From contig JBODTK010000144.1 in assembly GCA_050613775.1 (NCBI GenBank), forward strand, positions 62,001-126,000: a stretch of DNA of 64,000 nt, written 5' to 3'. The stretch comes from Neocallimastix sp. 'constans' (taxonomy: Eukaryota). Numbering within the stretch: position 1 is the stretch's first letter; the number at the start of each line of letters is the position of its first letter. The translations under genes were made by a program, and so were the position numbers. This document shows positions 15,287 to 39,080 of the stretch, one piece after another. The notes beneath the pieces were generated by a model. That model was given only the letters and a program-made list of their open reading frames with translations. It had not been told where the DNA came from and searched no databases.

Positions 15287-15668
15287 TGTTATATTAAAGT
15301 AAAACAGGATTTTTCTTTTCTATACAATTAAATTTATAATATTTTGTTATATTAAATTTTATTATTATTTTTATTTTTTTAAAAAATAATTATTAAATTT
15401 ATAATATAAATTTAAATAATAGAAGTAATATTTATTTTCATGTATACACAATTTTACTTTCATGACAATTGATATTAAAACAAGATGAAATTTTTATGAA
15501 ATTTTTAATTGTATTGATAGAATTTAAAAAATTTTTTATCTTAATTTCAAAGTCAAGAGCACAAACGATAATATAAAAATATAAAAATTAATTTAAGAAA
15601 TAATAATAATAAAAAAAGATAGTGATAAATAAATATAAAAAAGATAAAAAATAGATATTAAATAAAAA

Positions 15669-21355
<5,687 letters not shown>

Positions 21356-21447
21356 AATTAAATATATATATATATTTATATATATAATATAATTAAAATT
21401 ATATAAAGTAAAATAAAATATTTTTATATAAGATTATATCAATTCAT

Positions 21448-21483
<36 letters not shown>

Positions 21484-21575
21484 GATAAATTAAAATAGCT
21501 GTATAATTCATATATAACATTTAAATATTTTATTATATTTTATTTAATTTGATTTTATTATTGTTATTATTATTA

Positions 21576-21606
<31 letters not shown>

Positions 21607-22794
21607 ATTCAATTATATAGTATTTATTATATAAATAGTTTTTATTTATTTATTATTTATTTATTTTTTATTTGTCAATTATATAGAAATTAGAAAAGAA
21701 TATTAAAAAGTTTATATATATATAAATTTATTATAATTTTTATATAGTATTTATTTTTAAAATAAAACTAAAACTAAGACAAACAAACAAACAAAAACAA
21801 AAAACAAAAACAAAAAATATATATACATATTTATATAATACAAATTTATATCATTCATTGAAAAACAAATAATATTATATATATTCTTTTTTTTTAAAAA
21901 TTAATTTATTTAATATCAAAATAAAACAATAAACTTATGATACCCTATTAATATTTATATTAATATTTTAATAATTCAAATTTAAATATTATGAAATTAG
22001 AAATTTTTATTTAATTATTATTTTTAATAGTAATAATAATAGTAATAATAATAAAAAAAAAAAAAAATCTATATATATAAAATATATATAAACTAAAATT
22101 ATGTGATTATGTGTATATTTTTTTTAATACATCTTATCACCATTAAGTTTTAATATTTTTATAAATTTATTAACTTTTTATTTCCATAAATAAATTTAAA
22201 AAATTAATTTAATTTTTATATCTATATATTTTTTTATCAATATAGGAAAAAGATGAAGTTAATTTCATCTTATAAAAAATAATTCTTATTATTTATTCCT
22301 TTTTTATATTATATATATATTTCATTTTTCATTTTTTATATTTATCTTTTTATTTTTTTTATTTTTTTTTTTTTTATTTTTTTATTTTTTTTTTTATTGT
22401 TCTTTTATTTTTTTTTTTTTTTTTATTATTACTTTTTTTTTTTTATTATAAATTATTTTATATATTTGTATATTTATATTTATTCTCTATGCTATATTTA
22501 TTATTATAAGTAATATTAATTAAAAAGAAAAAAAAAAAAAAAAAATCCAAAGTAATTTATATATAACAATTAAATTGAGAATGTATTTTATATAAAGTCT
22601 ATAATTTACATTATTTACAATTTTTTGTTGTTCACTGTGTATACGTATTTATATAAATATAATTTAAAAGTTAATATACATAAGATTTCAGTAGTAAGTA
22701 TTAAGAAAAAAAAAAATTAATAATAATAATACTAAAGAAATTAAAATAAATAAATAATTAATTAATTAAAAAATTAACAGATATAATATATATT

Positions 22795-23258
22795 CTATAA
22801 AAGATTTTCTATATTTAAAATTGATGAAGATATATTCTTTGATTCGATATGGTTTTGATTAAAATCATCTGTATTATTTTTATTACTATTACTATTTTTA
22901 TTATTATTATTATTATAATTTGAGTTATTAAATATTTCCATAGAAAGAGACCATGCCGGTTTGATCTCTTTAGAAGAACTATTTTCATTCATAGTTTCTG
23001 TTAAAGTCATGGATTGATTTATATTATTTTCAGTATTTTTGGTATATTGATTTTGACATAACTCATTATTTGATATATTATTGTTTTTATTAAAGCTATT
23101 TATAGTTTTATATGAAGAAATATTTGAATTTGAATTTAGGTTTTGTTGATTTGTAATACAATTTATATTGGTATAATTGTAATTATTATTCTCATTACTT
23201 TTAATTTTAGTATTATTTGATGATGCTAAACAATATACATATTGATCAATAATGAATG

Positions 23259-23292
<34 letters not shown>

Positions 23293-24392
23293 ATTATTAT
23301 TATTATTATTAATATTATTATTATTATAATTATTATTACTATTATTATTATAATTATTATTATTATTATTAATATTAATATTATTATTATTATTGTTGTT
23401 GTTATTGATATTAATACATTTTTCATTTCTATTATTTTTATTTTGTAGATTAATACTTGATATTAATTCATTTTCTTTAATATTAATTTGTTTATGAAAT
23501 GGTAAATTAGAATAAGATGATGCTGTAGATAAGGGAGGTGATAGTATTCTATATTTATTATAATTCTCTAATGAATCTCCTATGGAATGACTATGATTTT
23601 GTTCATTATCATTCATTCCATAAGTACTACTACAACTACTACTACTATTACTACTACAGCTCAAATTTGGATTAATAATTGATTGCGAAGAATCATGTAT
23701 CCAATTATCATTTGATGGTACTGATATCGTATTATTCATATTTTGTTGTATATTCAATTCAGAGAATGAAGGTGAATGATCTGTTGATTCTATTTTAAAT
23801 GTTTGAGAAGATGATAATGATGATGATAACGATAAATTATATTGACTATTATTATTGCTATCACATTGATTTGATACATCTTGATTACTTTTCATATTAT
23901 TATTATCATTATTATAACTATTATTATTACCATTATATTGAAGTAACGATTGATCATTATTTATTTTTTTCTTTAATTTACTATTTGAATTTGAAGACTC
24001 TAATTTTGAATTTTTTGATGTTCCTTTCTTTTTTTTAAATAAATTATTTTCATCATTTTCATCAACGTTTGGCATTTCTCCTGACGTTATTAATTCCTGC
24101 CAAACTTTTTTAATAAAAGTGCTAGTTATTAAATTTGGATTATCACCTGCTTTTAACAATACTTTTTTCCATAAATATCTCATATGGACTGGATTCTTTG
24201 TTAATTTTTTCAGTGAACGACATAATCTTTCATGAGATGGTTTTGACCAATCTGGAAAGTCCTTTAATTGCTATATTATTTTATATATAATAATATATGA
24301 AATATAAAAAGTGGAGAATTATATATAGCATATATATAATATGAATATGAATATTTATATATTTAAAATATTATAAAGAAGTATTTATATTT

Positions 24393-24450
<58 letters not shown>

Positions 24451-24603
24451 AAATATTACCTCCAATACGAGTGCTTATAAAATAGGTTAAATATTATTTT
24501 TAGTATTATTAATTAATATTTATTAAAAAAAAAAAAAAAAAAGTAATAATATTTAATATTTTATAAAAATAAATAAATATTACTAATTTTTAAAAATATA
24601 TAG

Positions 24604-24637
<34 letters not shown>

Positions 24638-25036
24638 AAATTAATTACCACAATCCAGGAATCTATATACACTTGCACGAGAAATTTTCCAAACATCTCG
24701 AAAATATGATTCAACAGTTTGACTTTTAGTTTTATATAATTTTTGAGATACAATTGTGTGAGCTGCCATAACTGTTTGTCTAAACCTTTCTTGTTTAGCT
24801 CTGTAGTCCTCTCTATATAAAGTATATATTGAAAATGAAATATAATATAAACAAATAATGTTAATATCTGGAATTAAAAATTAAAATAAAAAAAAATTGT
24901 TTAACTTGCTATATTTTTTTATAATAATTATTATCATTTAATTTATTTATTTATTTTTTATTTATTTTATTTACCGGTTATACCATTTCAGTACTGTTAA
25001 ATCAATTTTTTTTTCTAGAGAATCTAAGTCATTCAT
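22795..25036 (-). CDS. Uncharacterised protein: helical putative DNA-binding N-terminal domain plus S/N-rich low-complexity C-terminus; 4 exons incl. 14-nt microexon
   Basis: Exons 25036-24975, 24812-24649, 24473-24460 and 24270-22795 join in frame: MNDLDSLEKKIDLTVLKWYNREDYRAKQERFRQTVMAAHTIVSQKLYKTKSQTVESYFRDVWKISRASVYRFLDCALVLEQLKDFPDWSKPSHERLCRSLKKL...LWKKVL. Confidence 0.75.
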
Positions 25037-25202
25037 ATTATTTATATTACCTAGTTTTAATAAATACAATTTGTTTTTATATACTATAGGATTTATTTTT
25101 GAACTAATTAATTAGTTATTTTATAATGTAATTTCAAAAAGAGTATTATTAAGTCAAAGTCTTTATAAAATTTTAATGTATTTAATTATATTTTAATATT
25201 CT

Positions 25203-25245
<43 letters not shown>

Positions 25246-27164
25246 CTATATGATTATTAATAAGACGAATTAATTATTTTATATGTATATTTTTAATATT
25301 TTAATATTCAGTCTTTTTACAACTATATAATTATTAATAAAACGAATTAATTATTTAAATGTTTTTTTTTTTAATACACCAATTATTATTAGTATATAAT
25401 GTAATAAATTTTTTTTTAAAAAAAAAAAAAAACAATAAAGAAATTAAATGAAATAACTACAAAATTCCTTTATTTTTTATTTTTATTTTATTATTTTATT
25501 TATTTTTATTTTTATTTTTATTTAATACAATAAATTAAATATTTAATTTTTTATAATTTCTTTTTTCATTATTCCCATATATATATTTTTTGTAATTTAA
25601 ATTAAAAAAAATATAGGAAAAAAATTCTCCCATTAAGAATTATATTTTATCAATAATAAATTTTTTTCTTTATTTTTTTTTTTTTTTTTTTTTAAAAAAA
25701 TAAACATTTTTTATTAAAATATATTTTTTATTTTGATTTATATTTTAAATTATATTTAAAAAACTAATTCGGTGTTTAAATTTCAAATGTTCAAAAATTA
25801 TATATTGTAGTGTGTGTTGATTATAATGAAATATTAAATTTTTAATTTTACATTTTTATTTCATTTCTTAAATATTATTGGCTTATTGTGAAGAGGACAA
25901 TTTTATAAATTAAAATTTAAATATATTTATAATAATATTATGTATATTAAATATTATAAATATAATATACATAATATATAAATATATATATATATTTTTG
26001 AAGAAATTTAGTACAAATGTTTAATTTTTTTTTATATATTAAATTTCATTTCATTATTTATTATTTCCGTTTTTTATTTTTATATATATTAAAATGCATT
26101 AAAAAAAAAAAAAAAATAAAACATATTCCTATTATATACATTTTCACCTTATTAGTGAATAAATATTAATTTATCAATTTTTTTAAACAAAACAAAACAA
26201 AATATTTATGTATATATATATATATATATATTATATATTTTTTGTCTTTCTATGTGTCAGCTTAAAAGTCTTGCTTAACTTCTTATTTCATTATTATTAC
26301 TATCATATTTTTTTTTCTTATATTTAAAACTATTTACCAAATATCATATTACAAATAATAAATAAATAATAGTTTAGAATAATTGTTTTAATTGAGAAAA
26401 GTTAATAAATATTAATAAATACTAAGAAAAATTAAGAAACATTGAAAAAATATTTATAATAAATAAAAATTTATTTATACACTGAATTAATAATGATAAT
26501 ATAAAATGATGACCATAAAACCGTTTAAATTTGTTTCTATTTCATTATAAACATAAAATAAATAATTAAATAATTCAATACTAAATATAAACCTAATAAA
26601 ATATTATTAATATTGTATATATAATAATATTTATAAATAATATATATTTTATTTTTATCTTTTTATCTTTTGTATATTATAAATATGTAACCTGGTTCAT
26701 TATGAATATGTTTATTTTAATTTTTAAAAAATCAATTTTTTTTTTTTAAAAAAAAAAAATAAGTATTTAAAATTTTCTATATAGATATATATATAAAAGA
26801 CTAATATATAAAATTCAATTCAAGAAAAGATTTCATACATATTATATATAACTTTTTTTAAAAAAATTTAAAATAAATAATAAATAATAAATAATAAATA
26901 ATTAAATAATTAAATAATTAAATAATTAAATAATAATAAATAATAAATAAAAACAATTTTATAATATATTAAGATAAAAGGAGAGTTACATTTCTGAAAA
27001 TGTGGCGTTTCAAACTTTTAATAAATAAATTTATAAATATATAATATTAATAAATAGTATCAAATTAAAAATATAAAAAAAAAAAATTCTTTATTTTTTA
27101 AATATTTTTATACTAATATTAAAATTAAAAGTTTTATATATTTTTAAAATAAATATGTAAATAA

Positions 27165-27248
27165 AATATTCTTTAAAAATTAAACATTCTTTAAAAATTA
27201 AACGTTCTTTAAAAATAAAATATTCTTTAAAAATAAAATATTCTTAAA
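27165..27248. repeat. Short ~18-bp minisatellite (aa[t/c]attctttaaaaat...), 4-5 copies
   Basis: Read directly. Confidence 0.7.
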
Positions 27249-27249
27249 A

Positions 27250-27800
27250 TTGAAGTATTTATAGTATCATTCCAATATTTATTAATATTTTTTTTATTTC
27301 TTCAAAAAAGTAGTTTGTTATTTATTTTTTAATATTGAAAAGAAGTAGTATAAAAATTATTTAAATCTCTAACATAAGTTCTAGTAATGAATACTTAATA
27401 ATCAAATTTAGGTGCAATATAAATAAAAAGCAACATCTGCAAATGTATCTTCATTATATTTTAGAAATAATTATACATGGAATGGGGATTAGAAGAATAT
27501 TATATTTGGATTTTTGAATATCATTGAATTCTTTGTTTTTTAACATTTTATAATAATTTGATTTATCAGAAATTTTATCAAACTTTGTTACATCAAGAGG
27601 TAGTTGCTTATTTATATTTCTTATAATTTTAGATTTAATTGCATTATATTAAGGACATATAGATCCCATTTCTTGTGAAACTTCATTTAATCATTTAATA
27701 TACGTTTTAAGTTTTATACCCAAAGGAATTGAATTTTTTTTATTTCATCTTTAATTTTTTGTTTTGCAATCGATATAAATGGATTAAATTCATTCATAAT
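27250..27800 (-). mobile_element. Degenerate Mutator-like (MULE) transposase fragment
   Basis: Minus-strand translation with stops and frameshifts: ISIAKQKIKDEI..SQEMGSICP*YNAIKSKIIRNINKQLP..MIFKNPNIIFF*SPF..KYNEDTFADVAFY/IAPKFDY*VFITRTYV, resembling the MULE first catalytic D motif (F.DGTF..AP...Q). Confidence 0.65.
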
Positions 27801-28134
27801 AAAATTTTTTTAAATTAAATATTTAAACAAATTTATTGAATTATATATATAGTTTAAAAGCTTTTAAATAAATATTTAAATTTTATATTTTTTTTTCTTT
27901 ATTATTTTATTATTAATATTTATATTGTCAATGAGTGAAGTTCAGTTTATAATTTTATATTATATATTTTATTTATTTAATAATATTTTATTTAATAAAA
28001 AAGAATAATTTTCTAAATAATAATTACATGTATTTTATATTAATTTTATTTTATAATAAAGCGTAATGTATATAATTTTATTTACTATATTTTAACATTA
28101 TGTCTTTATTAGATCTATTTTATTTTAATTTTAT

Positions 28135-28166
<32 letters not shown>

Positions 28167-28236
28167 ATTTTATTTTATTTTATTTTTATTTTTTATTTTT
28201 TATTTTTTATTTTTTATTTAATTTTTATATTATATT

Positions 28237-31200
<2,964 letters not shown>

Positions 31201-31325
31201 TTTAAATGTTTAAAAATAATTAAATAATTATATAATTATATGTTATTCATATTAAACTGCTTAATTACTTTTTATCTTTTTATATATTTAATTATTTTTT
31301 CAGAATAAAATAGTATTAATTATTC

Positions 31326-31366
<41 letters not shown>

Positions 31367-32164
31367 GTAGAGCGTTTTTTAAAAAAATAAAATATTTATA
31401 TAATTATTTATCATTTATATTTAATTCTTTATTATTTATTTTTATTATTATTATTATCTTTTTTTTATTATAAACAAACTAATATTAATTATTCAATCTT
31501 TTTTTGTTACAAATTTATTTTTTAATAGTAACATTTAATACTTATTTCTAAATCATATTATAATTTATTTATATATTTATAATTGTATTAAAAAAATAAA
31601 AAAAATTTATGGCGTTAAATTACAACAAATATAAGCCAGATTGTGAAATGAAACACATTCAGATGAAACTCTGATGAAATTATATTTATTCAAAAGCATA
31701 AACAAAATCAAACAAACAAAAAAAACAAAAAAACAAACAATAAAAAAATAAAAAAAAAAAAAAAAAAAAAGATTTATATATATATGGTTTATAAAATCTA
31801 TATAAATAAATAAATATTTATATAATGAAATTTAGTGTTACATATAATATATATGGAAATTATTTATATATATTAACAAATATATACAAAATTTACTATT
31901 TATAATTTTAAAATTTTATATAATTTTTTTTTTTTAATATATATTTCCTTTATTATTATTTATTAAAAATAAGAATTTTTTTTTTTTTTTTTTAATTGTT
32001 TTTATTAATCACTAATAAATGATTATTAATAAATTATTAATTTAAATATTTAAAAATTCTTTGTTTACAAAAAAAAAAAAAAAAAAAAAAAAAATGAAAA
32101 TAATGAAAATAATGAAATTTATTTTAAAGTAAATAAATAAATAAATATATATTATAATTATAAA

Positions 32165-33498
32165 TTAGCATTTAAATGAATTTTTTATATTATCATTATT
32201 TCCTAATTTTTTCATTAATTCCATATTTTGGAATTCTAATTCTTGTATAGTTTCTCTTAATTGATTAATATAATTTTTAATTGATGAACTCATCGGTACA
32301 GATGGTGGTCTAATATTATTTATGGAATTTTGTAAAGTATTACTAGATGTTATGGTTTGGGTTTTATTTGGTGTCATACTAGAATTAGATGGTAAACAAA
32401 CAGGCGATTCCACTGTTAGGGTTAGGTCATCATCATTTGATATCATAGATGACATATTAAGATTATTCTTATTCATTAATAAATCATTAATGCCAGATTT
32501 TGAAAATCCTGTAAAAGCCATAGACATTGTATTTCTACAATTATTCATCATTGTTTTTTTATTCATTGAATTGGTTGTAGTAAATGGTGATGATATAATA
32601 TTATCCATATCTTTTCTTTCAGTGAACGAAGGGGTGTTAGAGAAGAAAGGTGTAAATGATAATTTTTGCTTTTCATTTTGGGAGCTTGCCATAAGTTGTG
32701 AATTATTTAATGAACGTCTATCTTTATTATAATCTATTTTAGAGAAAATGTTATTCATACTAGTTGCAGACATTGTATCAGACATTGCTGTCGGTGATAA
32801 GACTGACGTCCATAAATCTAATGGTTCATCAATGATTTCATAGTCATTTATATTTTGCTTTGAGTCCAATTCAGTTTTCTTTTTTATATATATTAATATA
32901 TTAAATATTTAAAATTTAATTATTTGTTATTATTATTAATAAATTATTATTATTATTATTATAAACTATAAATTTTATATATAATATACATATATATAAA
33001 CATACCATATCATTATTACAGGCAGTGTTATTATAGTTTGAAAAGTAGTCATTAACACGATCATTTTTAATTTCATTATTATTCATTGTAAATGGTGATT
33101 GTAATTGTCTTCTTACTGGTAATATACCAGTAGAGTCATTTTGTATAAATGGAGAAATAAATCCATTTTGTGATGGTAACGTCTTTTGTTCACTATAAAA
33201 TAAATCATTTTTGAATTCATTATTCTTAATAAATGGGGATAACATATTGCTATTATTAGAATATGGTGAAATATACCCTGAATAATTTTTATTAATACTA
33301 TCGTTTTCTTTAACAATAAATGGAGAAATAGTTTGCTGATAGTTTAATAATGGTGTAACTGAATCTTGATTAATCATTTTTAAATTTTCATGGGATTTTG
33401 TTAAATCTTCATTTAACTTGGTATTTAAGAATTCATTATTACCATTATATATAGTGTTATTATTTGTTTTACTATTTGTATTAACTATTGAATTTAAC

Positions 33499-33531
<33 letters not shown>

Positions 33532-36500
33532 TCAATTGAGGCATCAGGTCCGAAAATATATTTTAACTTCATATCATTCTTTATTGAAATTTCAAAATTT
33601 CTTGCATAATTTTCATTTTCAAAATTTATATGAATTTGATTAACTTGATTATTCATATATGAATTTTTTTCAAAAGAAATACGATTAAATCCGTCATACT
33701 GCTTTAAAAAATTTATAATTACAGAATAATCAATATTAATAGAAACATTTTTAATGATAACGGTATTATTGTCTTTAAATCCATTTTCATTTTTACATGG
33801 AAGTTCTTTTTCAGATAGACTTGAAAATGTTTCAGCAGATCCATTATTATTTTTATCATTTAATAATACTAAACTTTTTCTTCGATCACCAATACTTCCT
33901 AAATTGTTATTTAAAGAAGATGAGCTAATATCATTTTTAACAATACTATCTTCTATTACTTTAGGACTTTTCTGGAAAATAGTATAGTTATTAATAGTAT
34001 TATTATTTATTTTTCTGTTATCATTATTACTACCTAAATCATCATTATCAGAAATATTGAAAAGACGACTATTACTATTTTTCATAATTAAATTTTCATC
34101 ATTATTAATTGGTTTAACTAAAAGAGTTAATTGTTTTGTATTATCATTATTATTACTATTTACTGGGGCATTAATTTTAGAATTAACACTATCATTAATT
34201 TCTTTCTTTTTATTTAATAAGTCATTAATATTATTAAATATGCTATTAATCTTCATATTTGTTTTCTTTGTTTTTTCAGAAATATCATTATAATTATTAT
34301 TAGAGGAACCTATATTATTTTCTGGGAATGAATCATTAGGCTTTATAACGCTTTTATTTAAAAATGAATCATTATTTTTATTATAGTTATAGGTGGAAGA
34401 TGTGTTGTAAAGATCATCATTGGAATTTGATACATTATTATTGCAATTGTCATTATAATTTGATGATTTATTATTAATTTTACTATAAACAGCAATAAGA
34501 TTAGTAGTATTATTAATATCATTTAAACAAGTTTTAGAATTTATTTCATTATCAAAGTGAACAATACAACTATCTTTACATAATTGAATCTTTTGAAATC
34601 CTTTATAATCTTTGAATAATTTTGTAATTTCTACAAGACTTGGTGAGAAAGTAATATTTGATACATATAAAACATTATTTATATTTCCATGATTACGAAC
34701 ATCATTCTTAGAAACATAATCATATTTTGGAAAAATAGCTTTAAGAGATGAATTTTGATGAATAATATCAATGGCATGCTTAGCATCATTTATTGATGAA
34801 AAACAAGCATAAATATATTCTTTATAAAAAGCTATTTTCAAGAATCCTTCAATAGATGATAAAAGTTTCTTAATCTCAGCTCTATCTGAAAATACGCCAA
34901 TAATTTTAATTGTCGTTTTAGGAGCATATTCTTGTTCTTGTGTTTGATGATAATAATTATTATTATTATTATTAATGACTAAATTATTATAATAATTCTC
35001 ATTACCACTTTTAATTATAGTATGTCCATCATTTTTTATTACATAATTATAATTCATCATATTATTTTTACTTTGATTTTTATTTAAAATGTTTTTATTT
35101 TTGTCATTACTTTCATCTCTGGTTAAATCTTGGTAAGATATATTATTTTTAATATTATCCATACTTAATGAATTCATTGAAGGTATTTTACAATTATTAT
35201 TCATATTCTTTGGATTTAAATTAAAAGCATTAATAGGTGTTAGCATTCCAGTACTATTTCTACTACTACAATTTCTCATATTATTAATAACATGTGTTTG
35301 CGAAATAGGTGATTCTGAAATTTTTGAGTAATTTGATGAAGAACGTAAATTCTGAAGATTCACATTATAAAAGTTATTATTAATTGGATTTTGTTGTTGT
35401 GGAACAGAATAAACATAATTAATTGGTGTTTGTGTCAATGAACGTTTATTTGAATATGTAGCAATTAAATTAGTACTATTGTTAATATCATCCAAAGCTT
35501 TTTTAGAACAAGCTAAATCCCTAAAACAAACAATAGCGGATTCGTGTGAATAATATATACTCTGGAAACCTTCATACTGATTAAAAAGATTAGTAAATTC
35601 AATATTATTGGAGTTACTTGGGAAGTTATTAATACTAATTAATACACTCGGTTGACCTATATTAATATTATTGTTATTTGATTTATAATCAACCTGTGCA
35701 AAATTTGCTTGCATTTTTGTTGTTGAATTAACTCTTTCAATTGCTTTAGTTGCAGCTTCAATTGATGAAAAACAAACGAATACCCAGTTTGGATAATATG
35801 CAATTTTCAAAAACCCTTCATATTCTTGGAATAAAGATTTCAATTCTACTCTATCAATATTAATATTACTTACATGAAGAGTTAATTTTGGTATAGCTTT
35901 CATATTATCATGAGATTTACGTTGCATATTGTTACTACTATTATCATTTAATTTTTTATCTAATGAATAAATACTACCTTGTTTTTTCTTTTTACTTATA
36001 TCATCTTCTTTATTATTATTCTCATTCACATTTTGTGAATATGGTGTATTAGATATATTATTTTGTTGTTTCGGATCACCTTTAAAGTATGTTGCAACGA
36101 AATTTGTCGTATTATTAATATCTTCTAATGCGTTTACAGCTGATTCAGTACTATCAAAAAATATTTTACATGATTCCCTATAGAAGTAGACATCTTGGTA
36201 TCCTTTATACATTTTAAAAATTTTTGTTAATTCTATATTTGTTAAATCACATGGCAAATTTCCTACATATAATATTGGGTTGGGTTGACCCACATCTGGA
36301 ATAGTAAAATTAGAAATATAATCTTCTTTTGCAAATGAAACTCTTAATTTTGTTGATGCTTGAAGATTATCTAATGCTTTTTGAGCGTATTCAACATTTC
36401 GGAAAACACAAAAACACCAATCCCTATAAAAAGCAATTTTAACAAATCCATTATAATTTCTAACTATTTTTTTCAATTCACTCTTATCAATATTAAGGTT

Positions 36501-36734
36501 TGTAATATATAGTGTTGACTTTGGTTTAATGTTCAAATTTGAAGATAAACTATAATTAGATGAGCTATTGCTTACCGTATCAAAGTTACTTGAATTTATA
36601 TATGAATAATTATTATTAACTTGGTAAAACATATTATGAGGTGTAACATTTTGATTATTCAGATCATGAATTCTATTTTGATACATATTAATTGGTGTAT
36701 TTGACATTGACCCTTGATATTCATAAGAAACATA

Positions 36735-36771
<37 letters not shown>

Positions 36772-37760
36772 GCGTTATTATTATTATTATATGCATTATT
36801 ATTATATGTGTTATTATTATTATATGTGTTATTATTATTGTTACTATTATTGTTATTTGTTTTTTGATCTTTATTAAAATAGGTCGCAACTAAATTAGTT
36901 GAAGTATTCAAATCTTCTAATGCTTTTGTTGCTTGATAAACTTCTTTAAAATATACTTTACATGATCCACAGAAAAAATAAATATCTTGAAATCCTTCAT
37001 AATAACTAAATAGTTTTGTAAATTCAATATTTGTAGCATTAAATGGTAAATTGTTAACATAAAGTGTAGAATTTGGAATACCAAGATTTTGTGGTGTATA
37101 TTTTTGTGTGTATTCGACTTTTGTAAATGTTGCTCTCATCTGGGTCTTACCATTAATATATTTAAGAGCATTACCAGCTGCTTCTATTGAAGAAAAACAA
37201 ACGAAACACCAATATCTATAAAATGCAATTTTTGTAAATCCGGGAATTGATGAAACAAATTGTCTTAATGTTGCTCTGTCAATATTTATTCCTGTAATTT
37301 GAATTGTAGTTTTTGGTTTAACAGCTAGATTTTCATCATAATCATTTTTTGAATTTCTATTGGAATTATTTGATTTGTTATTATTACTATTAGTACTGTT
37401 GTTCTTATTATTGATATTATTATTATTATTATCATTATAGCTATTATTATTATTATTATTATTATTAATATGATTATTTTGAGTATTATTTTTATTATTT
37501 AAATTGCTTTCATTTTTACTTTGATTATTACATGTATTATTTATAATATTTTTATTATTTATATTTTCATTTTTAAGATTATCATTTGAATCATTTTTCA
37601 TATTAATATCATTCTTGTTATTATTTTTTGAACCATACTTATTATTATTATAATTGTAACTTACAACAGGATTATTATTATTATTATTTTTACTAATATT
37701 ACTTAATGAAACACCATAATTTGTATTATTATTATAATTAAATTTATAATTATTATATTG

Positions 37761-37795
<35 letters not shown>

Positions 37796-39028
37796 TAATA
37801 TTGTTATTGTTACTGTTATCGTCATTGTTATTATTATCGTTGATGCTATTATTGCTGTCATTTGCTATAGTCTTATTAGTATTAGAATTATATGTATTAT
37901 TGTCATTACTGTTACTATCAGCATTTTTTATGTAACTAATATCTTTACTATTGTTCTTCAATGTTTCGTTAGAAATATCAAAATTGCTTTCATTTTTATT
38001 GTTCTCATTATTAATTTCACTTTCTTTATTAGTATTGAGGTTTTTATTAGCATTTTTAGTAATATTATCCTTATCTTTATTATCAGTTGACGTTATCTTA
38101 ATAATTTTAGTGTTTTCATTTTCTTTAATATCATTTTTTTTAATTATCACTTTATTTTCTTGATCTAAAATTAATTCTTCATCCTCTTTATTTTTATTTT
38201 TAATTTCTGTATTACTATTATTTTCTATTTTGTCTTCCAATACAGTTTCTTTATAACTTTCCTTTGATATTTCTTCAACTTTTTTGTTTTCAATTAATTT
38301 CAAATCATTTTTCAATTTGTTGCTTTTATCATTGTTATTTAGGGAATATGATTCAAGTCCATTTAATTTTATATCTTTGCAAGAAAATTTGGTAATTAAA
38401 TTAGTTGTTGTATTTAAATCATTTAATGCTTTATCTGCTGATTCAATATCAACAAAACTAACAAGGCATGAACCATTCTCAAAATATACATCTTTAAATC
38501 CACTATATGATTTAAATATTTTTGTAAGTTCATTTTGTGTTGCGTTAGATGGATATATTGTTACATGCAAAATAGAATTTGGCTGTGTGTTATTAGTATG
38601 AGTTCGGAATGGTGTATAATGAGAATCATAAATAGCCTTCATTGAGGTTGTTTTGTGAATATACTCTACAGCTTTTTTTGCAACTTCAAGACTTGAAAAA
38701 CATACAAAACATGTTTTATCTGCATGATAATCAATTTTTAAAAATCCGTTATATTTACCAAATAACGATTTTAAATCCGCCATATCAAATCCATTACAAT
38801 CTGTTATATGTACCGTAAAATGTGAATTTTGTGATTCAAAACTTTTTCCCATGTTTTCATTTTGTTCAGATTCGCTATTATTAATCATTTTTTCATTTTC
38901 TGTACAATTTTTATCCTTTGTATTATTTTCATTATTTAAAATAATTTTATCATTATTACTATCATTTGATAAATTGTCTTTATATAAATCTGATATTGAA
39001 TAGTCTTTAGATTCTAATAATAAATTTA

Positions 39029-39080
<52 letters not shown>

